This document shows, one piece after another, positions 27,368 through 38,000 of a stretch of 64,000 nt of DNA (within the stretch, counting starts at the first letter, position 1; the number at the start of each line of letters is the position of its first letter). The position numbers were made by a program, and so were the translations under genes. Location of the stretch: positions 684,205 through 748,204 of the forward strand of contig NW_004797323.1 of assembly GCF_000002075.1 (NCBI RefSeq), read 5' to 3'. The notes below the pieces were generated by a model that worked only from the letters and a program-made list of their open reading frames with translations, searched no databases and was not told the origin of the DNA. The stretch comes from Aplysia californica. Its lineage: Eukaryota.

Positions 27368-28860
27368 CGCCAGCTCATTCTTATAAAACAAAAATAGAAT
27401 TAAAAGTCAAGTTCAAGTGTGTCTGGGCCTGGGCGTGAGTAGGCTAGGCCCTTACATCCAGGCTAGTCAGTTCAGTGTAGTCTAAATCAGAAGGGCGATT
27501 TTGTAGTTTCGTTCGTTAAAGTTTAAACCCCTGAATTTTATCCTAATTTGATGTTTTGCAGGGGATGCATCCCTGCCCTTTGTGTAGCCAATTTCAAATA
27601 ATATTGGTCATCAAGACTTCTGGATTTCTTCTTTGGATGTAAACAAATGGATCATGGACTTTAACGAACGGAACTACAAGATCACCGTCAGCAGTAGTAG
27701 TAAGTAGTAGATGGTGCAGACTGCATAAAATTGGCATGGTGTTGTAAGCCTAGTGAGTGTAGTAAGCTGCATGTTTACATTTTTACCTCTATAGTCTATA
27801 CTGGACTATACTTGACTTAATAAGAAACTGCGCTTTTAGTCAGGATCCATTCACTTTGCTAGACTTTCCTTCCTGTCTTCACACAACGGCTCAAAATCAC
27901 AGTTCAGACAGCAAAGTCTGTGACCAAGGCCAGGAGTAGGCTACTGCTAGATTAGATCTGCTGAAGTGTGCAAGTGAGTAGAGCGGAGAGCGAGGAAAAA
28001 TAAAATGAGAGTGAGTAGGCAAGGCCAAGTAAGAGACTGCTCAGACTGGCCTGAACCAAACCTCTTTGGCCTGAATGAAAAAAAAGGACTTTTCCCCAAA
28101 CTGGTAAAACTGCATTATAGATCTAAAGACTAGATCTAGCCAAACGTTCGTGGTTTCTTTCGGATCTTCATGAACCTGACTTTTTAGTTTTTAATTTGCT
28201 CTCCTCAAATTGAGTGCGAGATGTGTGACAAGAAAACGAAAACAATTGAAAACATGGCTTGGCGGGTTTTGTGATTGTCGTTTCTATGCAAAGTAAGTTT
28301 ATATTTTCTCGAGCAGAGACAGAATGCCTTCAGTTTTCGTTTCATGATGTATGAAGAAGTTTACACATGCAATATTCTCCTCATTTAAATTTTAAACTTT
28401 GACTCTGGGTCGATTAAAAGCTTGTCAAAACACTTTCAAAAGTTCACTTTTTTGTGATATGGGTGTGTGAGAACCGAACTCAAAATAACAAACATATGAT
28501 CATACGTGAAAAAATATCGACTGCTGTACTGTTGACGTTTTACATTTAATTTGGTAAGCTATTAGCCTAAATCTAGCTGTGATTGGTGATCTGTTCTTAA
28601 ACTTAAACTGTCCTTCTTTATTACAAAATAATGCATTCAAACCAAAATGAAGCTACAGCACATCTCTGTGATTGGCCCAAAATAGATGACATTGGCCTCC
28701 TATATCCGCCATCTCTTTTTGTCGTCTTCTGGGGCTTCCCTCGCCAGTTGACAAGATCTCACTAGAGACAATGTACGTTAACATACATTGTCTCTGATCT
28801 CATGTGGCAGGCCCACTTTGTGTGTGTGGGTGTGCGTGCACACGCTTCACAATCACGGTG

Positions 28861-29979
28861 GAAAGTGGCTATTCTCACCCGCCCGGAAGTTCTCGCAAAA
28901 TCAACTCCTCCCCTCTTCTCTCTCTCTCTCTCTGTCTCTTTCTGAATACTGTCTATCGGTGTGGACGATCAAATTGACCAAAACAAAGTTTAAAAATGAT
29001 GTTAAAACACAAAAGTAAATAAATTTGGTTGTCTACAAAGATGCTACGGCTATTTAACTAACGAAGTGGCTAGCCGTACTTAAGTACGGCTAGACTGCCA
29101 GTCTAGCCGTACTTAGATCTAGGTTTGGCCCAATCGACTCAATCCTGTTAAGTACACAGGTCTCATGAGATCTAGATCTAGAGTTATTATATTCAGGTTC
29201 AAATACATGCAAGTCAGTAAGGCACCTTTTGGTTTTGTCTGAAATACAAATACTTTAGGCATTGCAAACTAAAATTTTCATTTACAATTCAGCCATCATT
29301 CAATATTAAGTACGGCTAGACTGACAGTCTAGCCGTCCTTAAGTACGGCTAGCCTGGCTGTCTACCCGTACTTAAGTACGGCTAGACAAGAAGTCTAGCC
29401 GTACTTAAGTACGGCTAGACTGCCAGTCTAGCCGTACTTATCTTAGGCCCTATTTACATTAGAAAACAGGAGGTTTAAAATACATGCACTGTCATTAAGG
29501 AACCTGGTTTTGTCTCAAATACAAATACTTTAGGTACTGCACACTAAAAATGTATATTTACAATTCAGTAGGCCTATTTTTTGTAAATGGTCAGTCTAGC
29601 CATCATATTAAGAATAAGTACGGCTAGACTGGCAGTCTAGCCGTCATTAAGTACGGCTAGCCTCTTCCTTTAACTAACTTTTCGATTCGAGCCGAACTAC
29701 GCGGGTCGCCATTTTGTTTTGCCCGGAAATTCTCGCGCTACTCCTCTCTCTCTTTCTCTCTCTCTCTCCACTGCCCACAGACAAAATTGTACGCTTTTAG
29801 TAGGCTACAGTTGTAATGGAACGTTTGTTCACGGCACAGAATTCTACAATTTTTCTGTTTTCACAGTGTAGAATTCTGTGGTTTAGGGTGAACGCAAAAT
29901 TTGGTGAACGCGCACCGGGTGAGAATAGCCACAAGACTCGCCTGCACTATTCTCACTCCGGGTGAGAATAGAGGTGGCC
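28861..29979. mobile_element. MULE-like element (outer), 9-bp TSD
   Basis: ATCACGGTG (28852-28860) vs ATCACGGCG (29980-29988); inverted CTATTCTCACCCG ends. Confidence 0.65.
29062..29668. mobile_element. Foldback/MULE-like element (inner), 9-bp TSD, palindrome arrays
   Basis: TTTAACTAA at 29053-29061 and 29669-29677; TIR (C/G)GAAG(T/A)GGCTAGCCGTACTTAA. Confidence 0.8.
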
Positions 29980-30780
29980 ATCACGGCGTCACTTTTCGAG
30001 TTTTCGCCCGATTCTGTTACCTTCAGTTAGCGTGACTCAGCAGCCCGCCGGAGCTCCTCGGCTCGGGGTCACGGAGTTAATGAGCCCTGAAGCGACTTTG
30101 CCGGTGTCGGTTAGGTAGTTTGCATTTTTGACTATAATTAAAACGATATTATATATTTAGGCTAACTTCTTCCCCATCCCACACACAGTACAGCAAACCT
30201 TGGCATTACGCGCGGATGTACTAAAAGCTCAATGATTTGAGATTTATTCTGCATTAGAATGGTTAATTTCTGTGCCTTAGTTTTTGTTCTAGACAAGTGT
30301 TTGTAGAGTACCCAATTTGTAGGGCTGGATTCTGCTCGGTTAATGGAAGGCTTTTAACTTTTAAATCAGCGGACGTCTTGCGCTAGAGGCTTGCGAGCAG
30401 GCTTGTGGTTTGATTTGCCTCCCGCTTGCTACCGGAGGAAACTTCCGGTGAGTTGTGACTCGCGAACAGTCCTACTGTACTGTGTCGTGACGTCGCGAAC
30501 TCTCGTGGCAGTGGGCTCAGTACATATTACAGAAGATTCTCTGGTTATTTGCGTTGAGAGACTTGCACCAAAAGTGCAAGATCGGTTGGGTTTTTTTTTC
30601 ATAGTTCGGTTGTAAAAAACAAAAAGCTCTATTCAATGCACTTAAAAATTAATATTGGATCGGCTATTCTTATGATGTTAAGGCCTGTTTATTTTTAATG
30701 TGCACGAGCCAAGCGCTTCATCGTCGCACGCAAAAGACTTCAGTTCGATTCCCGTATGGGGAGAAATTTTTACTGAGAAC

Positions 30781-31362
30781 TAGGGCTGGATCCTGCTCGT
30801 CAAATTTGAGAGTGGCGATTCGCGATTCAGTCGGCTTCAATGAATCGCGAGTACGCGAGCGCTCGTGGAGCTGTGGCGGAACGCTGACTGAAACAGAACA
30901 GTGTCATATCAACGCCTCTTGGCGAGCGCGAGTCCCACTCTTGCTGTTCCGCCATCCTCTCCGCCCCACACCCTTTGTTGCGCTGCTCTATCAACTGACG
31001 TCAATTAGTGACCCCCATAAATCCCCCCCCCCCCAACCCCACCATTCCCTAAAACAATGGCTCCATAAAATTCCTTCTGTCTATTGGTTGGACCCCGTTC
31101 ATTTTGTTTTAATAGGGGGGTTGGACTATACCATCTTTTGTAAAATAAGGGGAGCCATACCAAGTGTTCCGTTCCGTTCTTGCGCTCGTGACTCGACTCA
31201 GCAGTAGGTTAAACAAGCCACAAGGTGGTGACAGCGACAGGGGAGTGAATCGGGAATCGTTTGGCGATACTGTTCCGTGTTCCACTGAAGTGAATCGGGA
31301 ATCGCGTTCCGCAGGAAAGAGTGACGATTCAGTTCCGTTCTCGCGCTCGTGACCCAGCCCTA
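30781..31362. mobile_element. hAT-like non-autonomous element, 8-bp TSD (partial inverted copy 10366-10529)
   Basis: TAGGGCTGG...CCAGCCCTA termini; CTGAGAAC at 30773-30780 and 31363-31370; interrupts a tRNA-SINE-like sequence (GTTCGATTCC at ~30743). Confidence 0.9.
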
Positions 31363-34275
31363 CTGAGAACCTCCGTCTTTCTGCTGGGGCGTTGTTCCCT
31401 TTCAGCCCAGGTTGGCCCTGACATTGGGTTGAAGTAGGCCTAGCCTGTCTCCTAAATGTTCTGTATTATGTCACTGTGAGTGTAACACATCTACAAAATA
31501 GGTTACATACATACGATACAAAAGCCAATCACAACGACCCCTGGAGTTTTCCATTTTAGGGTAATCTAAGTCAACTTATTCTTATTACTACCAGAAACCT
31601 AGGTCTCTGTTACTGCAATACCACGCTCCCTCTCACTTATCCATTCGCTTAGAAGCTGATCAACGGCGGGAAGTTAAAAATAACTTCAGCTCTCTACGCC
31701 TTGCACCAAAACAAGCCCAGCCTCTCCCTTCCTCCACGGTTCAAAGTTCACACAGCGAACAGTACTGTCTTGCTGTTTGAACACATCGGACTGTCTTGTC
31801 GCCATCAAGACGGTCCTACGCCATCGAGCCCGTGCCGCTCGTTCGGTGTATCGAGACAGTAGGCCTACAAGTCAGCAGGTCAGGTTTGGAGCTTGTCCTG
31901 GGGCAAATCTCTAGGCCTAGCGCAAATCAGTACTGTGTGAATTGTGGGGCCTGTGGCCGCGGACGGGACTTGAGGCTTACGCAGGCCTTCGATTAATCGA
32001 GTAAACTACAGCGCCACGCCGCGCAGTGACTCTGTGGGCGAGATCTCTCACTCTCCCCCTCTCTCTTTTTCTGACGTAAGTGGCTTCGCGGATTGCAAGC
32101 AGGGTGGGGATGATGAGGGGGCCTGACACGAGTGGCTTCGCAGATTGCTCGTTGCTGTGGACTTGAAGTTTAGACTAGACCAAGGAGGTTACAGTTTGCG
32201 CTAGACTCAACCTATCATGCTGGTGATTTGATTTGATGATTTGACCTAGTGATTTGAGGCTTGTGACTTGAACTAGGGGCTTGTGAGCACGAGCGGGTTT
32301 GCTACCGGGGTACAGCCCTACCAATTTGTCCTATAGTTTCAAACTTATTCATATGAATAAAATTATTCTTGTTGATAATTTTATAAAGGCACTGCTCGAT
32401 TGAAATTATGACATTGTTCTTTTCTTCAAATTCAAATTGTCTTTATTGATTCCTCCTCCAACTCCAAAATGAAGGAAAAACAATCGTTCATCGAAAAGAC
32501 TCTTCATTTAGATGTGGGCCTCGAAACTAGATTATGATTTATGTCTGTCCGTCTAGATCTAGACTTAGGCCATATAGATCTAGAAGAACCTAGGTTTACC
32601 CTGAGCCAAAAGGGTGCTGAAACTTTCCGAATTCACAAAAGATTTCCCCTACATGGTCTCTTTACTTCGTGACTTTGTTCCCGGTTACCGGGTCTGTATA
32701 CAGTCCCATTTTTAAATGTCTGAATATTCAGATACTTCAGTTGTGGTTGGGGCAACGTTCCCAGACTATACTTCATTTGAAAATACATTCAAAAGATATT
32801 GCGAGAAAACAAGACTTCTCGACCTTGGCAGTAACCTATTTTGCATTTAGTCACCCAGCAAAAAACTAAAATCCTTCATGCAACCCCCCCCCCCCCCCCT
32901 TTCACACCTTACACTCACATATATGCACACTCACGAGTCACTCCATTCGCTTATTATCAACAAATCTTGAGAATGGAAACCGTTCAGAGAAATAGAGTTC
33001 AAGTTTATTTTCCCGAACGTTTGGAGAAATAGAGTCGGCCAAAATTTTGATAGTTTAGCCCTCCGAACAGTACATCTGCGTGTGTGCAGGTTTAAAGTCT
33101 AAAAGTAAGAATTTACCAAATTTAATATAGTTTAGATACGCTTAAATAATGGTGCATGACTAGTTTTTATAGTGTTCAAAGCAACCGATTGAGAAAGATA
33201 GACTCTGTGTGACGGTGGTAGTGTGATGGGATAGTTTTCAAGAGACTCACAATGAATAATGGGCCTTTGGAGAGATAATAATAATAATATATAACATTTA
33301 TATAGCCCATTTCCAAAAAAGTAGCTCAATGCGCTTTACATTGGAATACTCATTTTCAAATCCTTTCTTTTCATGCAATATTATGCACACTCTTCTTACA
33401 CGTACGTGCGCGGACTATTTTCATTTAGACACAGGCACAGAACGACTAATTTTTTTTTAAATATTAAAAAGTGTTCAGTTTTTAATTGTGAAGACTACAT
33501 AACGTACTCCCATGTTTGGAAGGCTAGAAACCCACCTGTGCCTTTCGTCAGGGTCTTTGGGGATACCATAGATTTTGATTTTCTCCCCATTTTTGTTTGG
33601 CTGGCATTGTCAGTTTTAGATAAAGTGAGTTATTTCTTCCCATGCTATAATTATAATAATCTCTTGAAAACCACCCTGTCACACAGTGTCTAGCCTTTGC
33701 AATGCATCATTAATTTTAAATGCATCATTATTTGGAATGATTTATGAATCTATATTATATGAATAAATAATAAATTTGTATACTTTTGTAGACACAGAAG
33801 AAGTGCTGACATCACATGCAACATTAAAATGAAAGAGAAACCATGTCAACAGTTTTATTAACATGCTCATCATGATCTGGTGTAAGTTATTTTCTTTCAA
33901 GTCTTTGTGATACTGAGCTATGCTATGCCCACTCAGCACACTTAATGTTTCAGAGTAGACACTGCTTTCTCAAATAAATATATTCACTTCTGGAATAGGG
34001 GAATTACCTGTCTGTTTTTGGCAACTATACAACTGTTGTTTGTGTTAAAGTAAGGAACGCAAGTTTTTCATGAAACTTTCTGCATTGCAGACTTCCTGCC
34101 GGACCCAGAAATAAAAAAAATTGTCCAATGTTGACAGTGCTGAAATATCGAGGAAGGGGCTGTAAGAAGGATTTTTATGTCTTTACTCTTCTCTTTCAGT
34201 TACTGGGTTGCTGAGTTTTTTAAATGTCAGTTGTTCTTTAATATGTTGATGTTATTGAATACTTTTTCTTTTCAG

Positions 34276-34423
34276 GTTTTGCTGGACTGATATAAAAGTC
34301 CTAGGTAATAGATTTTGAGAGCTAATTCTACAATCAAGATACATTGAGAGAGTAAGTCTTGTGATGCCATACTGGTTCTGGAGTGTCACAAACTGTGTGA
34401 AAAAGTTTTGTACCAACGCCTAG
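34276..34423 (+). other. CEP192: Probable CEP192 5'UTR exon
   Basis: ttttcttttcag| acceptor and TAG|gtatga donor; no long ORF. Confidence 0.45.
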
Positions 34424-34910
34424 GTATGAATTCTCTTTATGATTTGCCTTTTGTTTGAAAAAAAAAAGCTATCATTTTAATTTATTCAATTGGTATTAAG
34501 GACAGGTTTCACTGCTATTTCAATGGCTTGAAAGTTATTCGAAGAACTGAATACACACAATATGTACACACAATATGTCTGTGTAATTTTGGGTGGGATG
34601 ACATACAAGTATAAAGGCTAGTTATCTCTGAATATTTGAAATTTGGCATTTTATAGAGAGTAAATATAATGTAAGAATATAATATTAATGTCAATGTCAA
34701 GCTCTTTAAATCACTTTGTTGCCTTATGTGTCTTTTAAGTTTAATGTCAACAGAGGTTTAAGGCAAAGATCCCTCTCCTGCTTGGTTTCATCTTTATTTA
34801 AAAATGTATGTTTTGTCTTTGATTATCAGAGTTTCCTAATCAGTCAATTTAGGGTATCAGATAAAATATTGAGATGAATGCCTTTGTAATAGAAAGAATT
34901 TCTCCCCAGA

Positions 34911-35053
34911 ATGGCAAAGAAGGGTTCAGATACGAGTCCTGTTATCGATGACACTCTCATTAGCTATGACAGGCACACTTCAATTGTTTCTGAACAAACC
35001 TTGGCCTTTACCCCTGCTCCAATTGCAGCTTCAACGGCACACAAAGATAGAAG
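34911..35053 (+). CDS. CEP192: CEP192 coding exon 1
   Basis: MAKKG...STAHKDR; AG|gtataa, phase 2. Confidence 0.75.
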
Positions 35054-38000
35054 GTATAAACTAAATAAGGATGTATCTAATATCTGTGTTTGTTGAATTA
35101 ATGTCATTTTGAAACTACCACAAAAGGCACATTTTATTTAATTTACAGCACCGAATAAGAAGTAAGATTCTGTTGGAGTTAAAAGTATACTATACTTTCA
35201 AAGACTGTTCTTTCTCACTCAGAGTTTCAAAGATTTGTGTCTGTGATTTTGTGGTTGGTGCTTCACGGTGCTCGTAGAAGACAGGAATTCAATTTCTGAG
35301 TGGGGAAAGCTTGTTTGGTTTGGGGTTTTTCGGGATAAATTCTGGTTGTTGTTTCCGTTTCCTCTCCTCTGTGTTATGGTTTTCTTTCTCCAGTTGAATA
35401 GTTGAATGTGTATATTCTCAGTACATGTGTGTGCAGTTTTGTCCACTGTCATTTTCCCGTGGAAGAATGCAAAGATGTTACTAATGATATGCTTGTAATG
35501 TAAGTTATATAATTATTCTATAAAATGCTTTTTTTTTACATTTCAGACGAAAGCAAGATGTGATGGTTGATTATGGTGGGTCTTTCATCAACAATACCAA
35601 ACTGGACTCACCTGAGGAAGGGAGGGGGAGGTAAGAACAAGACATACCTCCATGCACACCCCTGTCAATATTTTGTGCTTGTGGTGATAGTTATTGTAAT
35701 TGTAGTCTTCGGTACTGTCTTTTTTGGCAGAGCTTGGAAGGTGGGCGGTTGGAGAGTGCTCTGGTGCGTTTTGCTCCTTTCCTATCAAACATCTGTCGGC
35801 CTTATCTCCCCTTTCGTCTTTTTTTATGTTTGTTACTCTCTTGTAACAACACCTCTAATCTTCTGGCGCTCATATGACCTTATGCAGTTGCGAGCGCCGT
35901 AAAACCTCTACTAAAAAAAAGAGCTTGGAAGTTAGTATTGTGTGTGGAGCAAAAATGAGTAAGCTTCAAGTTGAGTTCGTCTGTGTCATGCCACTAACAG
36001 GGCAGGTGCTTTACATTGTCAGTTTCTGTAAATTTCCTAGATGTCTTCAACATTATATATATATATTGTAAAGTTCAAATGTAAAAGTTGTTGTTTGGGT
36101 GGTTGGCGTTTGCTCTGGTATGGTTTGCTTCCTCTTTCCTATCAAACATCTATCGTCTTTATTCCCCCCCCCTTCTTTTTATGTTTGTTACTCTCTTGTA
36201 ACTCCTCTAATCTTCTGGTGCTCATATGACCTTATGCAGTTGCGAGTGCCATAAAACCTCTACTATAACAAACAAAAGCTGTTGTGAACTCTGTCCCTTT
36301 TAACTGGTCTGAGGTGGAGCTGAGTTTAGGGTCGTGAGTAGGTCCAGATGGTTTTGATTTACAGCTTCAGTCTTGGCTAGAAAGTTTTACTTTTTTGCTA
36401 AGAATGAAGTTAAAAAGGCACTGACTGTTTTGGGAGGATATCTGATTGTAATGCTGTGTTTGGTTTCTTTTAAGGACAGGCGGGCTAACCCAGATTTCGG
36501 GGGTTTCCAGAAATCTTGATCTACACCCAAAAGTGGGCATTGCCCTACCTATAGGAGAAGTTTGGTTTCAGTGGTGTGTATATTAGCTTGGTTATAGACA
36601 AAACTCTCCTTGTCTTTTAAAGAAACTGAACAAGGGGCAAAAACTTTACCTTCGATTTTCTCAAAACAGCATTTTTCGGGATAGCCCCCTTGTGCTTAAA
36701 AGCGACCATATAAAATTGAGACTCAAGAAAGGTAGTTTACTTGCTACATTACATATTTTGATTGCGGTCAGCTGTACAATGGATGTGACAAATTTTTTTG
36801 CAGTGGCTCTACAAAACACCCTTTTCTAGAATAATGTTAAACGTGTGCAGATTACCTTTGTGAAACACGCGACTGACAATTTTTTTTTGTCCTTATTAAT
36901 TTTAGTTCCAGTGATGATAGATCATCTCTTGGGCTTCTCCCTAGCAAGTACCTCGAAGGTAAGTTCATTGATTATATATAAGTGCATAAAATGTTTTGAA
37001 CAATTTTGTTAAAACATTTACCTACTGCTGCATCTTGTGCTTTTCTTCTTTCTTTTTTACACTTATTCGTTTGACTTTGTAATGACATTTATTAATCTGA
37101 ATCAGTGTGAAATCATCTGTTGGACAGTTTCCAATGCTTAGCATATGTGAAAACTGTTGCATCATTTGTCAAAATTACTTTCTTCAGAACAACGAAATAT
37201 GCAGGTATTTTTCTAGAACACAGCTTAGGTGTGTGTCATCGCGGTGAAATCAGGCGCTCTTCAAAATAATGAATCAGGAGAAATGGACATTTTTCTGGCA
37301 GTTGGGCAATTTTAAATCTTTTTTTTTTTTAACTCAGCACCTCCTATTGCCATTCAAAAATACATTTCTGTGTGGATTTTACTGAAAAACTTATACATAA
37401 GGCAGAAAAAATGTAAATTTGCAATTTCGAAGGACACTCAAGCTTTGGAATTCCCAGAACTTTGACAGCCATTTTCATGCTAATTTTACTCGTGACTCCA
37501 GGCGACCCCCACCTTCCTCAATTGCAAATATCTTGACTTTTGTATTTTTTTCTCCAAAAGCAAGACCATTAAACAAGCTTTAACTCTTTATCTCCGTGGG
37601 GGGGGTAGACCCACAATGCAGGGACCCGTTTTTGGTACTACTAAAAATGACGGAAACGTCACTAAATTGGGCATTAAATCAAAACAAGTGAACCTATTTC
37701 GATAGTTCTTCATCTAAGGAATGAAATCCCGCTAATAGAGGCCTGTGCCGAAAAGTAATTTGACGTCGAAGTCGTCGTAAAGGAATGTGCCCGAGCCACT
37801 GTCAGCGGCTCACCAACACAGCAGTTCCGACCTCGAGCCGCTAGGAGCGGCTTGCCGGAGATAAAGAGTTAAAAAGATACTAATGTAACTCCATTGGCCC
37901 AATAATTCATGAGTACCTGATTCCACCATATCATAAAACATAATATGTCTTATATTTTATAAGACAGCAAAGAACCTTCTCTCATTATCATAAATGTGGG

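Larger units (their letters stand above)
27400..32600. promoter_or_regulatory. Divergent PIGZ/CEP192 promoter region
   Basis: CpG-rich relative to the gene bodies; YY1-like CGCCATTTT (~29707), ETS-like CCGGAA (~28883, ~29723, ~30443), CRE-like GTGACGTC (~30487); lies between the two 5' ends. Confidence 0.45.

Noticed and set aside
25622-29668. CRISPR-like appearance of the hairpin repeat arrays (41-bp units; palindrome array)
   Set aside because: No unique spacers and no cas genes; eukaryotic context; both lie within TIR elements
28240-32081. Candidate first-exon donors (28293, 30116, 32076 on +; ~27786 on -)
   Set aside because: Cannot choose among them without transcript data
34874-34951. 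Overlapping uORF before the CEP192 ATG
   Set aside because: Depends on the acceptor at 34829; an equally good acceptor at 34909 would exclude it
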